Shown one piece after another: positions 1-12,377 of a DNA stretch of 64,000 nucleotides; positions within the stretch are counted from its first letter, which is position 1; each line of letters opens with the position of its first letter. Where the stretch lies: the NCBI RefSeq assembly GCF_902713615.1, contig NC_052169.1, positions 14,590,439 to 14,654,438 on the forward strand, in the 5' to 3' direction. The position numbers and the translations under genes were made by a program. The notes beneath the pieces were generated by a model, which ran no database searches, was not told where the DNA came from, and saw only the letters and a list, made by a program, of their open reading frames with translations. Source of the stretch: Scyliorhinus canicula. Taxonomy: Eukaryota.

Positions 1-1440
1 CCCTATGTTCTTACGTCCATTTGCTTCAGAATTTGCCAGCTCTTGTCCAGCTCTGATAGCCACAGTACTAGATGTGGCTGATCGAGTTAAGTTTCTGGTC
101 ACTGATGACCCTTGCCAGAACGTACGAGGGGAGATTGGGTCGGTTAGGATTGTATTCACTGGAGCTCAGAGGAATGGAAATGTGGGGGATAGCTCAGAAA
201 CCTATAAAATTCTAACAGGACTGGAAGATTGCAGGAAGGATGTTCCCAATCGTGGGGGGGCGTCCAGATCCAGGGGTCACGGTCTGAGGATACGGGATAG
301 ACCGGCGTTTGATAGGGTTCCCCACGGTAGGCTATTGCAGAAAATACGGAGGTATGGGATTCAGCGTGATTTAGCAGTTTGGATCAGAAATTGGCTCGCT
401 GATAGACGACAAAGGGTGGTGGTTGATGGGAAATGTTCAGACTGGAGTCCAGTTACTAGTGGTGCACCACAAGGATCTGTTTTGGGGCCACTGCTGTTTG
501 TCATTTTTATTAATGACCTGGAGGAGGGCGTAGAAGGATGGGTGAGTAAATTTGCAGTTGACACGAAAGTCGGTGAAGTTGTGGACAGTGCGGAAGGATG
601 TTACAAGTTACAGAGGGACATAGATAAGCTGCAGAGCTGGGCTGAGAGGTGGCAAATGGAGTTTAATGCAGAAAAGTATGAGGTGATTCACTTTGGAAGG
701 AATAACAGGAAGACAGAGTATTGGGCGAATGGTAAGATTCTTGGTAGTGTGGATGAGCAGAGAGATTTCGGTGTCCATGTACATAGATCCCTGAAAGTTG
801 CCACCCAGGTAGAGAGGGTTGTTAAGAAGGCGTACGGTGTGCTGGCTTTTATTGGTAGAGGAATTGAGTTTCGGAGCCATGAGGTCATGTTGCAGTTGTA
901 CAAAACTCTGGTGCAGCCGCATTTGGAGTATTGCGTGCAATTCTGGTCACCGCATTATAGGAAGGATGTGGAAGCATTGGAAAGGGTGCAGAGGAGATTA
1001 ATCAGGATGTTGCCTGGTATGGAGGGAAGATCTTGAGGGAAGGCTGAGGGACTTGAGGCTGTTTTTGTTAGAGAGAAGGTGGTTAAGAGGTGACTTAGTC
1101 GAGGCACACAAGATGATCAGAGGATTAGATAGGGTGGACAGTGAGAGTCTTTTTCCTCGGATGGTGATGTCTAGCACAAGGGGACATAGCTTTAAATTGA
1201 GGGGAGATAGATATAGGGCAGATGTCAGAGGTAGGTTCTTTACTCAGAGAGTAGGAAAGGCGTGGAAGCCCCACCTCCAACAGTAGTGGCCTCGCCAACA
1301 CTAAGGGCATTCAAATGGTCATTGGATAGACATATGGATGATAAGAGAATAGTGCAGATGGGCTTTAGAGTGGTTTCACAGGTCGGCGCTACATCGAGGG
1401 CCGAAGGGCCTGTACAGCAATGTAACGTTCTATGTTCTAT
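1..1440 (+). mobile_element. CR1 LINE 3' part (RT domain and 3' tail)
   Basis: ORF 5-1036 has AFDRVPH, GAPQGSVLGPLLF, FAVDTKVG and the CR1 C-terminus LYKTLVQPHLEYCVQFWSP; (TTCTATG)-type tail near 1430. Confidence 0.92.
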
Positions 1441-1442
1441 TT

Positions 1443-1702
1443 AGGACAGAGCTGAGGAGCAATGTCTTCAGCCAGTAGTGGGCCTGGGGAATTCATTACC
1501 ACGGAGGTAGTGGAGGCCAAAACATGGTATGTTTTTCAGAAGCAGTTCGATATGACACCTGGGGTGAAGGGGATCAAAGGATATGGGTGGAAGGCGGGAT
1601 CAGGCTATTGATTTGCATGATCAGCCATGATCATAGTGAATGGCGGAGCAGGCTCGAAGGGCCGAATGGCCCCCTCCTGCTCCTATTTTTCATGTTCCTC
1701 TG
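1443..1702 (+). mobile_element. CR1 LINE 3' end fragment
   Basis: Typical CR1 3' end: gatcagccatgatcat..gaatggcggagcaggctcgaagggccgaatgg. Confidence 0.75.
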
Positions 1703-1767
1703 TTGATGGTGGGGCATTCGACAGTGGCAATGATAATGTGAACGGGGAATGGTGAGACATTCTCTTT

Positions 1768-2096
1768 ATAGAATTTTATTTTTTACGGTGCAGAAGGAGG
1801 CCATTCGGCCCATCGAGTATGCACCGACCCTTAGAAAGAGCACCCTATCTAAGGCCATAACGCTACCCTGTCCCCGTAATCCCATCTAACCTTTTTTTGG
1901 ACACTAAGGACAATTTAGCATGGCCGATCACCTAACCTGCACGTCTTTCGGGACTTGTGGGAGGAAACTGGAGCACCCGGAGGAAACCCACGCAGACACA
2001 GGGAGAACGTGCAGACTCCAAACAGACAGTGACCCAAGCCGGGAAGTGAACAGGGGACTCTGGCGCTGTGAAGCAACTGTGCTAACCACTGTGCCC
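1768..2096 (-). mobile_element. HE1-like V-SINE, CR1-type tail
   Basis: Reverse complement of tRNA-like head, V-domain (gggtttcctccgggtgctcc) and gatgggccgaatggcctccttctgcac tail. Confidence 0.88.
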
Positions 2097-2532
2097 CCAC
2101 CCCTTTCTCTTGTGAGAAATCGTCATTACCTGGCACTTGGGCAGTGCGAATGTTACTTGCCACGGGATTTAGAAAGCTGCATTCTATCATGAAAGCAGGG
2201 TGGTTTGTGTTCAAAACTGAGTGGTGAAGTATTTTCTGAACTTGCATCATCCCTGTTCTGAAATACTAGACAGCAGTACGGTTTTTGTGTTCTGCACCAC
2301 AGCTAAACGCCAAGTGCCTCCGATTGTGATTCCAATTCATTTATCAAATTGTCAGTTCGCTTCTCGGTAAATTTGTTCCTTCGGAATTGCATTATCGTTT
2401 CGCCAAGAGAAAAACTGAAATAAAGAACAGACTGCGCCCTCCATATCGTATCATTCACAAGCTCAGAGAGTGCCCCAAAGCACTGTATTGTCAGTCAGGA
2501 GTGTAGTCACTGCTGTAACTCAATGCGATACA

Positions 2533-2822
2533 GGTACGGTAGCACAGTGGTTAGCATTATTGCTTCACAGCGCCAAGTTCAATTCCCGTCTTGGGTCACT
2601 GTCGTGCGGATTCGGCACGTTCTCCCCATATCTGCGTGGGTTTCCTCCGGGTGCTCCGGTTTCCTCCCACAAGTTCCGAAAGACGTGCATGTTCGGTGAA
2701 TTGTACATTCTGAATTCTTCCTCTGTGTACCCGAACAGGCGCCTGACTGTGGCAACTAGGGGCTTATCACAGTAACTTCATTGTAGCCTACTTGTGACAC
2801 TAAAGTTTATTATTATTATTAT
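2533..2822 (+). mobile_element. V-SINE with alternative tail (tail-c, (ATT)n end)
   Basis: Head and V-domain followed by cccgaacaggcgcc..cacagtaacttcattg..cctacttgtgacac..attatt. Confidence 0.85.
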
Positions 2823-2983
2823 CAGTGATCCCCTCTTTTGTACCATTCTTGGGATGTGGGCTTTACTGACAAGAGCAACTTTTGACTGTCCTCAAGATGA
2901 ATGTGAGCCGCTTTCTCGAACCATAGCAGGTTCTTGTGGTATAAATAATCCCACAGTGCTGTTAGGCATCAAGTTCCAGAATT

Positions 2984-3284
2984 TAGCACAGTGGTTAGCA
3001 CTGTTGCTTTGCAACGCCAGGGTCCCAGGTATAATTTCCGCTTGGGTCGCTGTCTGTGCGGAGCCTGCACGTTCTCCCCGTGTCTACGTGGGTTTCCTCC
3101 GGGTGCTCCGGTTTCCTCCCACAAGTCCCGAAAGACGTGCTTGTTAGGCGAATTGGACATTCTGAATTCTCCCTCTTGTGTACCCGAACAGGCGCCGGAA
3201 TGTGGCGACGAGGGAATTTTCACAGTAACTTCAATGCAGTGTTAATGTAAGCCTACTTGTGACACTAATGAAGATTATTATTAT
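2984..3284 (+). mobile_element. V-SINE with tail-c
   Basis: Same structure as 2533-2822. Confidence 0.85.
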
Positions 3285-3511
3285 TTAAAAAAAATAAATT
3301 TAGAGTACCCAATTATTTTTTTCCCAATTAAGGGGCAATTTAGCGTGGCCAATCCACCTAACCTGCATATCTTTGGGTTGTGGGGGTGAAACCCACACAG
3401 ACACGGGGAGAATGTGCAAACTCCACACGGACAGTGACCCGAGCCGGGATTGAACCTGGGACCTGAGCGCCGTGAGGCAGCAGTGCTCACCTCTGCACCG
3501 CCGTGCTGCCC
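3285..3511 (-). mobile_element. Short V-SINE subfamily (A-rich end)
   Basis: Head, shortened V-domain (gggtttcacccccacaacc) and gggtactctaaattt end. Confidence 0.85.
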
Positions 3512-3639
3512 CTTCCTCAGTGTTTTGAGATGCCTGCTGCAGGTTGTCATCGAGCTGTAGAGGTTTACAGCACAAAAGAGGCACTTCGACCCATTATGTG
3601 CACGCTGGCCATCAAGACCTATCCAAATCCAATTTTCCA

Positions 3640-4140
3640 GCACTCGGTCAATAGCCTTGTTTGCTATGGCTTTTCAAATACTCACCTCAGTACTTCCTCG
3701 GCGTTGTGAGGGTTCCAGTCTCCAAGGTACTGAGTTTGGGTTCCCACCATCCTCTGGTGCAAAATGATTTTCCTCAAATCCCCTCTAATATCTCCTGCCC
3801 TTCCCTTAAATCTATGCCCCCTGGTTAGTGACTCCTTTACTAAGGGGAAACATTTCATCTTATCTACCCTATCTATGTCCCTCGTTATTTTGTACACCTC
3901 AGACCCCCCTCAGCCTTCTCTGCAGTAAGGAGAACAACCCCAGCCTAACCAGCCTGCCTTCAGAGCTGTAACATTCCATCCCAGGCAACATCCTGGTCAA
4001 TCTCCTCTGCACCCTCTCCAGTGCAATCACATCCTTCCTATAGTGTGGTGACCAGAACAGCACACAGTGCTCTAGCTGTGGCCTAACGAGTGATTTATAC
4101 AGCTCCATCATAACCTCCCTGCTCCATAGGTTCTGTGCCT
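3640..4140 (-). mobile_element. Older CR1 LINE 3' fragment
   Basis: Minus frame LYKSLVRPQLEHCVLFWSPHYRKDVIALERVQRR and degraded downstream sequence. Confidence 0.8.
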
Positions 4141-4156
4141 CAGGTAAGAAAAGCAT

Positions 4157-4935
4157 GCTATGGACCAAGAGGTTGAGTAGACTGGGACTGTACTCGTTGG
4201 AATTTAGAAGGATGAGGGGGGGTTTTATAGAAACATATAAAATTATGAAGGGAATAGATAGGATAGATGCGGGCAGGTTGTTTCCACTGGCGGGTGAAAG
4301 CAGAACTAGGGGGCATAGCCTCAAAATAAGGGGAAGTAGATTTAGGACTGAGTTTAGGAGGAACTTCTTCACCCAAAGAGTTGTGAATCTATGGAATTCC
4401 TTGCCCAGTGAAGCAGTTGAGGCTCCTTCATTAAATGCTTTCAAGATAAAGATAGATAGTTTTTTGAAGAATAAAGGGATTAAGGGTTAGAACATAGAAC
4501 AGTACAGCACAGAACAGGCCCTTCGGCCCTCGATGTTGTGCCGAACAATGATCACCCTACTTAAACCCACGTAACCCGTAGACCCATAACCCAACAATCC
4601 CCCCATTAACCTTACACTACGGGCAATTTAGCATGGCCAATCCACCTAACCCGCACATCTTTGGACTGTGGGAGGAAACCGGAGCACCCGGAGGAAACCC
4701 ACGCACACACGGGGAGGACGTGCAGACTCCACACAGACAGTGACCCAGCCGGGAATCGAACCTGGGACCCTGGAGCTGTGAAGCATTGATGCTAACCACC
4801 ATGCTACCGTGAGGCCCCATGGTGTTCGGGCCAGAAAGTGGAGCTGAGTCCACAAAAGATCAGCCATAATCTCATTGAATGGCGGAGCAGGCTCAAGGGG
4901 CCAGATGGCCGACTCCTGCTCCTAGTTCTTATGCC
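4157..4935 (+). mobile_element. CR1 LINE 3' end, split by a V-SINE
   Basis: ORF 4155-4490 RLGLYSLEFRRMRG..FFTQRVVNLWNSLP; the tail resumes at 4819. Confidence 0.88.
4489..4818 (-). mobile_element. Young V-SINE ((TTCTATG)n tail)
   Basis: Near-identical to copies at 34299-34636 and 42196-42468. Confidence 0.9.
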
Positions 4936-6317
4936 TTTTTAACTACCTTATATACCTGTCCAAGTCCCTGAAGCACATAGGAACAGAGGGATCACTTTCG
5001 CCAGGTAAACCGTATCCTAGTCCTGGGGTTTGTGATTCAAATTGTCCTATCTTCCGCTGGCCAAAGACTGAACTAGTCACATTGGAGGTGATGGTGAATT
5101 TTGTTGCCTTCATCGAGAGTAGGCCTGATGGTAAGTAGTCCACAGATTCACCACTCTCTGGCTGAAGAAATTCCTCCTCATCTCTGTTTTAAAGGATCGT
5201 CCCTTTAGTCTCAGATGGTGTCCTCTGCTTCTAGTTTTGTCATGGGCTAGTCAAAGGCCCATTGACTCTCAGCTGGTCCAAACGATCCCCGTAGCGGACA
5301 AGGCCATAAAACCCCACCCATGGTCACATGACAACATTTAAGGGTAGAATTAGACTGGTCACTCAAACGCATTCTTATCCATTATCCAATTACTATTGAC
5401 ACTCCTCCAAAGGAGAGGAGGTTTGACATGGGAAGATGGATGACGTTTCTTTGGAGTTGATGTTTGTCAAAGATAACAAGCCCCGAGATAAAAGATCGAA
5501 CCTTTGTCAATCCGTCGTGGGAACCTGGATAAACCGATTCCTGGCAGTCCACCGTTCGAGGACAGTTCTTGTTCCGCACCAGAGGAGTGGGTCAGTCACT
5601 GGGAGGCAGATTGATTCCCATTCAATTTAAAATTCCCTGAAGGGCAGGGAAGGGTCCTGATGGACACGTGAGGAAAAACTTCCCAGTTTCCTGATCTGGT
5701 AATCTAGGAGGTTGTACTCGATTAAACTCCAATAGTACGTCACTTCTGTTTGTAGCCATCTGGGATGGCCACTCACAACCAGGAACAGGGAAGGTCGCAA
5801 AGCATAGGGGGAAAAATGGACAATGCGAGATTCAGGCAGGCTCAGAGCCTGAATGTGTATTTGCAAGTGAGGAATCCAGACGGTATCGAAACCCCTGACC
5901 GATTAGCATTTTGATGGCCCATCTCTGCCAGACAAAGGACTGATACTTGAGCGACCGATACAGTCTCAGACATTTCGGCGCCACTCCCTGTACTAGGGAA
6001 GCGTAAACAACAGGGTCAATGACTGCTTGGGACACGCCCAGCCATCCAGGCACCCTCCCATTTATTGGTTCGAATCGAACGCAAAGATCAGGAATCACCC
6101 AATTAGTGGGGTCCAAACTGAAGGACCGCCCAAAAGAGCACGAAAACCCCCAAGTATAAGAAGAGAGACCACCATATGTTCGGCCTCTCTTGGACCTGGC
6201 GCTCCGGCCACGTCTATCTCCAATCGCAGCCCCACCAGAAGCCAGTTCAAGTTCAACTCCCGCTACCAGACGGATGAGCCCAGCTGAGCAGCAGTTACTT
6301 CTACAGACACGATAGAT

Positions 6318-6663
6318 CAGGGGTGGGCAAACTACGGCCCGCGGGCCGCAAGGTCTTTATGCGGCCCACCAAGTCATAAAAAAAAAATTTTTTTTTTAAG
6401 GTTAATGGGGGGGGGGGGGGCTGTTGGGTTACTTACTGGTATAGGTTGGATACGTTGACTTGAGTAGGGTGATCATTGCTCGGCACAACATCGAGGGTCG
6501 AAGGGCCCGTTCTGTGCTGTACTGTTCTATGTTCTACGTTCTACATGAGGCGCCCAGAATCATAACCGGGTGAAGTAATTATTTTACTTAATATACTATG
6601 CGGCCCTTTAAAATTGTGAATTTCTGAATGTGGCCCTTGCACGGAAAAGTTTGCCCACCCCTG
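6318..6663. mobile_element. hAT-superfamily MITE
   Basis: Perfect 16-bp TIR CAGGGGTGGGCAAACT (6318-6333 / 6648-6663) and perfect 8-bp TSD CGATAGAT (6310-6317 / 6664-6671). Confidence 0.93.
6408..6543 (+). mobile_element. 5'-truncated V-SINE 3' end nested in the MITE
   Basis: gggtgatcattgctcggcacaacatcgagggtcgaaggg..ttctatgttcta tail. Confidence 0.8.
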
Positions 6664-6996
6664 CGATAGATCCAGAATCGAACAACGGCCACTGTTCTTC
6701 TGACCTAAGCCTGAAGTTAAGTACAGGTTGTCATAGTCAATAGGTGTAGTTTAACTAGTAGTGTTTGTGTTGCATGATTAATTGTGTGTGCAAATAAAGT
6801 ACCATTGACCTTGAACTAACTAACTGGTGTTTGGCTCTTTGATCGATATCCGGTTGAACCTTGTGGTGGTATCATTGATACCTGGCGACTCTGAGCAATA
6901 GAATATTGATATCCACAGAAAGGAGGGAGGGAGGGCAAACTCACTGACTGCCATATTTACAGTACGTAAAAAAAGGCAACACGTTAGGCACTCCCA

Positions 6997-7157
6997 CGGC
7001 GGGATTCTCCGATTGTCCTGCCACGTGTTTCTCGGCGGCGCGCCGTTCGCTGGCAGCAGGATTCCATTTTCCCGACGCTTCTCAATAGGATTTCCCATTG
7101 AAGCCACTCCCCACGCCACTGGGAAACGCACGGGTAGGGAAAAGGAGAATCCAAGGA
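6997..7157. mobile_element. Harbinger-like MITE
   Basis: GGCGGGATTCTCC..GGAGAATCC termini; shared core gtcaat..gatttcccattgaagcc as in 24246, 42811 and 61995. Confidence 0.65.
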
Positions 7158-7415
7158 GCCAAACGATTCCAGCTCGCATGTCAAGGTACTGGAGTAAAAG
7201 GAAAGTTCAAGAATTGAGTAAAATCAAAAACTGGGATAAAATAAAGAATTGGATGAAAGCGGGCTAGGTATGAGTGCAGTTGTCTGAAGGCCTTGTTGAT
7301 ATGCAACTTAGCATTGCAGTAGGTGTTTAGCTAAGAGATCAAGGGGAGCGAATAATGGTGCATAGAAATAGGTGATAGGACTGTAGAAGAGGTGAGTTTG
7401 AAGTGGACGGATAAT

Positions 7416-7730
7416 ATAGAACATGCAGTGCAGAAGGAGGCCATTCGACCCATCGAGTCTGCACCGACCCATTTAAGCCCTCACTTCCACCCTGTCCCCA
7501 TAACCCAATAACCCCTGCTCACCTTTTTCTTTGGTCACTAAGGGCAATTTATCATGGCTAATCCACCTAACCTGCACGTCTTTGGACTGTGGGAAGAAAC
7601 CGGAGGACTTGGAGGAAACCCTCGCAGACACGGGGAGAACGTGCAGACTCCGCACAGACAGTGACCCAAGCCGGGAATCGAACCTGGGACCCTGGTGGTG
7701 TGAAGCCACAGTGCTAACCACTGTGCTACC
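7416..7730 (-). mobile_element. V-SINE, CR1-type tail
   Basis: Head, V-domain and tail on the minus strand. Confidence 0.88.
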
Positions 7731-7813
7731 ATCAATATAATTGATGCCGACAGACCAAAAGCCTGGTCCAAAGGGTTAGCTAGTTAGGGGAACATCAAAG
7801 GAGGGAAACGATA

Positions 7814-7998
7814 GGCGGGTTTACTGACCACCCCGCTGCGTGTTTTTCGGCAGTGGAGGCGGCCCGCCAGCAGAGGCTACCGACCCCGCCGTTGTGAACG
7901 GGATTTCCCGGTGACGGCACCCCTCGTGGCCGGGGAATCTGTGCGCTGGCGTGGACCCGAAATCTCCCGCCTGCGTGAACAGCCGGTAAATCCCGCCC
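7814..7998. mobile_element. Harbinger-like MITE (diverged)
   Basis: ggcgggtttac / gtaaatcccgccc inverted termini; related core. Confidence 0.55.
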
Positions 7999-8352
7999 CA
8001 TATATCCATAGCATGGTAACTGCGCACAGGCGGAGGAGAGGAGGAAGAGAGTTGGTAAGCAGTTACTGCTCTTGCCACACCCAGCTGTACGAGAATGGAA
8101 GACTCTCGCGAAAACAAGTTGGTGCTAAAAGCTGCTGTTTTAAAAACTCTCAAAGAGACGGGACGCTACACCGAACTGAAGAATGGTTTTTCCAAACTGA
8201 GAGAGAAATTATGGGTGATAATTATATACTGGATTTAGCTCATAGTGTATTATAATATTGGATGTTGATCAGCAACATAGATAGCTGGGAACAGCTGTTA
8301 ACTTCAAGAGATCGCGTGTGTAGGGCCATTATTGCAGTTAAGTACTTTCTTG

Positions 8353-8906
8353 TGTCATGTGAGAGTGCCTTTAAGAAATGGATGTTTAAGCAATGTACCT
8401 TTAAGAAATGCAGTGATGTCAGAGCGTGAGTGGAGCTGGGCTTTTAGCTCAGCCATTTTGAAGTTTTTAGTTTCAGTTTGAGAGAGCAGCTGAAAAGTAC
8501 CTGGCTGGTTTGCTGAGAGCTGCAGGAAGGAAAAGAGTTGGTCTGGTGATTTCTGCAAATCCAAAGACTATAAATATATTGAATGCAACCTGTTGTGCTC
8601 CTATTCTTTACGGGTTGCAATCTTTTGGATGTGTAAAGGAACAGTTTTCAGGATTGGGTAGTGTTGTATTATTTTCGGGGTTATCTTTGAAGTAAGGGGT
8701 GTTTATCCAATGTTTATTTGAAAAGGTTAATTTGAGTTCATGGAATAAACATTGTTTTGTTTAAAAAAAAACACGTGTCCATAATTGTAATACCACACCT
8801 AGGGAACAAGACTTCAAAAGCAACAATCCATTAAAGGGGAGGGGGGGGGGGGTTGGTTGGACCCCATGATACATTTTGAGGTTCTGAAAACACCTCTCCC
8901 ATTACA
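8353..8906 (+). mobile_element. Solo LTR (Gypsy-type 4-bp TSD)
   Basis: TG..CA ends, CTTG on both sides (8349-8352 / 8907-8910), internal TATAAA and AATAAA. Confidence 0.8.
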
Positions 8907-9699
8907 CTTGTTGTATTTTTGTTAAGTTAATAAATATTCTTTATTAATAGATTACAACAGGACTGGATTGTTCCTCAAGTTTGCATATCTTTCCTCACAT
9001 TGCATCAAATTGAAAATATATACCACGAAGAATCGATGTTCCACGTTACCCTTCTGGGTTTCGGGATACCCTTGCATTTTAACATCAGCAGGGTTCTTAA
9101 CACTCGGCTTTACTTCTTCCCAAACTCTGCCTCCGCTTTCTGCGCCGAAGCATGGAGGGTCTGAACTTGTGAGGCAAGAGACTGCAATCCACGTGGAGCA
9201 AGTCGAAATTCCACCCAAGAGGATTTCTCAGTGGTTTGTTTTGGGGACTCTTAATTTCGCCAATGGGCTTACCAAACCCTTAGATGATCAAAATGAGAAG
9301 CAGTGTTGCAAATGATTCATAAAGAATGTGGATGTGATGCTATCATTCAAACTAATGAGGGTAAATATTCCCCTCCAGCCTGTCTTTCTCTTTGTGGAAG
9401 AATTTCACCCCTTTGGATAACTCTGAAACTCCGTATGTAATTCAGAACTGATTCTTTAATTTTTCACACCAGCTGGGGCTCTGATTTACCCATTAAGCAA
9501 ATGGTGATGTACATATGTTGTCTAAACATCATGATGCAAGACCCTTTTCCCTTCCTTCTGCCAAAGTTAGACATTAAACTAGTGCGCAACTCTGAATGCA
9601 GCTGCTACTGTCCAAGTTTCCATCGGTGAGACCATGCAGTCAAGGAAATTCAGCCTCCGATTTTTGGGTAAACATTCACTGAGGCGGAGTTTAAGGCAC

Positions 9700-9957
9700 T
9701 CAACAACGCCGAACTCCCACTGTTTGTACCTGTAAAGACTTGTTTACCTGTAAAGACTCACATTTCCAATCAGTAATTACCTTGTAATTGTGTTTCTCCT
9801 ATCTCTGCTGTGTATGTGAACCTACCTCTACGTCACCTGATGAAGGAGCTGCGCTCCGAGAGCTAGTGATTCCAAATAAACCTGTTGGGACTTTAACCTG
9901 GTGTTGAGAGACTTCTTACTGTGCCCACCCCAGTCCAACACCGGCATCTCCACATCA
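9700..9957 (+). mobile_element. Penelope-like element terminal repeat (family A) with hammerhead-like motif
   Basis: Homologous to 63030-63264 and 20433-20629; CTGATGA core at 9837-9843. Confidence 0.75.
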
Positions 9958-10389
9958 GGTTTCCAATAGAAGACTTCATGCATAAGTTGGCGCTCAATTG
10001 GCAGGTTAACGCAGCGTTGAAGCTGATGTCAAGTTTAAGAAGTGTAGGAACAGTACTTCCTGGAGTTTCTGCTGCCATCTTATTCGATTGAGGCTGATCT
10101 CCATCTTAACTCCATCCACCCACGTGGGTTTGGTCATCCTTCTCTGCCTAACAAAAAGCTTACAAATTCAGGTTGGACATTTTCAACTCATCTCCCATCC
10201 TCAACAGCCTTTTTGGTGTGAGGCGTGATCCAGATTTCCCTTTGACCATCCTTTGAGTGAAGAAGTACTTTCTTCCATCACCCCTGAATGGCTCTACTTT
10301 TAAGGGAGTGCTTACATCATCTACCCTGCATCGATCCTCCTCCTGGTGGGTGGCGAGCAGCGGTTGCAGAATGACCAGGTTCGTGGCCA

Positions 10390-10831
10390 CGCATGCGCTC
10401 GACGGTGGCTTGTGGCGGCTGTGCCGTACAACACGGCGCCGGCTGCGCGTGGACCCGGCCTGCCAAAAACTGCCCCCTTGTAACCCCCCCTCGCCACCCC
10501 CGGACCACACTCCCACCAGTCCCCGCCGAAGCCTCCCCCGCTGCCGGCAGAATGTCTCCCCACCCCCCCGGCTGTGGCGGTGCTTGACTCAGTCGGCAGC
10601 CGCCAAGCAGGGTCCCTGAAAGTGGAGAGGACACGCGCCCCACGCCATCGGGGACTCGGCCCATTGGGGGCGGAGCATGGGGGAGGGACAACCCAAGGCC
10701 GGCCACATACGCTGTTTCTGAGGGTACGGAGCATCGGAAAAACGACTCCGCCCCCGATTCCAGCGTAAAAACGCATTCTCCGGCCGATTGCCGAACACGA
10801 TTTTGGCGCCGACGATCGGAGAATCCAGCCC
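10390..10831. mobile_element. GC-rich non-autonomous Harbinger-like element fragment
   Basis: Ends in GGAGAATCCAGCCC (10818-10831), the exact reverse complement of the TIR at 61995. Confidence 0.55.
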
Positions 10832-12377
10832 TATACGTCTTGAAAGAAAGTGATCAATTACTGCAATTCCTACAATCCTAATAACTCCGATAGATCAAAG
10901 GAAATAGTCCTCCATCTTGAGAAAAAGGGGAAACCTTGGCCCCACACCCTTTCTAGTGTGGACCTCTGCCCATTTGCTGAGCATTACACACTGAATGACT
11001 TCCTTGCCCTTTGTACTGCACCTGACCTTAGCAAAACAGAAACAGGCTCTGGCCTACATTACTAGGCCCAACCTGGAGCACACAATGTCTCAAAAATAAA
11101 AACAGGCATCAAAACTCATTTTATTGGGTTTCTTATTCAAATAAAATAAATATCTTCACTCCAAACTCTCAAAAATATCTCCTGAGGATCTTGTATTTTG
11201 AAGATTAAACAGTGATGGCGACATCCTCCAAGTTGCCGTCAAAATCAGTATTAAAGTGCTAACTGTTGGCGCACCAGGGAAGACATTATACACTGCATGC
11301 ATGATTCTCATAAAGGATTAAAATCTAGGCACCACAAACTCTGCAAAGGCCTCTTCAGGTGTCAAGTCAGTAACTGTCACTGTGCAGGAATAAGCCAATT
11401 TATCACTCAAATTGCCTTCGCCAAAATTAGCAGCGCATCCGATATCCAGAACCTGTACAAGATTTACGATGGGGACGTTGCAAAGATTAATGAATGGTGT
11501 GAGCAGCCAGAAGCGCAGCCCACAAGGGCAAACGAATGTATTGACAAAGGTACCAGCTTCTCGGGTGATATGAAGATGTTTGCTGTGATTACAACCTCCA
11601 GACGAGGAAATAAAGGTAGCTGTAAATAAGGACTACATTTGATAACAGAGCTAAATAATTCTGCTGTACCTGTGTTTGCATTTAATCGTGGTGATCAGTT
11701 ATATTATTTGACCTGGAATAAGCCAGCCCATTCATCACTGGATTCTAGACCAGGACACCAAAAGGCTGTGACTGAGTACGGCATGGTACAAATCCGACAG
11801 ATAAATGCTCAGATTCACCCTGTCCCCAAACCGCTGAGCCCTGAAGAATCAAGATCACACACTGTATTAACTTTAGAAGAATATAGAGGTTTAGGGGGAA
11901 AGGGTAGGAAAATGGAATTCAAGAAGTTGAGCCCCAGCAGAGATACATAATTGCTTCATTCTATATGCAGGTTTTGTGGATCTTTAAGCACACTAATTGA
12001 TAGCGAATGCATTATCTTACTGTGCTCGATCAAGTTGGGTAGATTTACAAGAGAACTCAATGCTACATCTGTCTCCGGAACGATGCTGGGCGATATCATT
12101 TCTCATGGGACCTCAACCCAAAGACATCTCCGACCCACAGCACCCCATGACCACCGCCATGGGCAGGGTAAGGAGTCAACTGCCGACAATCTGATCCTCA
12201 CCGACCAACTGGCCATGCCAAGGAGTCGGAGTTGCTCTGGCAACATGCACTTTCGATACTTGCTATATATTGGGATATTGGATAGTGATGGCCGAGTCTC
12301 CATCGGGTGATCGGACAGGGATTAGAGAACCCCAAAGTGTATCATGGAGTTCACCTGACCCACAACTTTTTATAGAT

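Larger units (their letters stand above)
5238..6961 (+). mobile_element. Long LTR-like element (interrupted by hAT MITE)
   Basis: Begins TGTCA and ends TTACA; TATA-like gtataag near 6155, AATAAA near 6793, TGGCGAC near 6882. No clean TSD. Confidence 0.45.

Noticed and set aside
2130-2257. Minus-strand 128-nt segment with good acceptor and donor and an open frame
   Set aside because: Phase 2-1 and no similarity to the CD276 cytoplasmic tail or any protein I recognise.
3899-4444. 181-aa ORF across a divergent CR1 junction, suggesting a twin-priming inversion
   Set aside because: The two CR1 pieces overlap on the consensus and differ in divergence, so they are independent insertions and the ORF is a chance chimera.
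8952-9315. Overlapping 88-115 aa ORFs in unique sequence
   Set aside because: No recognisable domain and no convincing splice sites.
11297-12310. ORFs with faint RT-like and APE-like words
   Set aside because: Likely very old LINE debris; too degraded to set boundaries.
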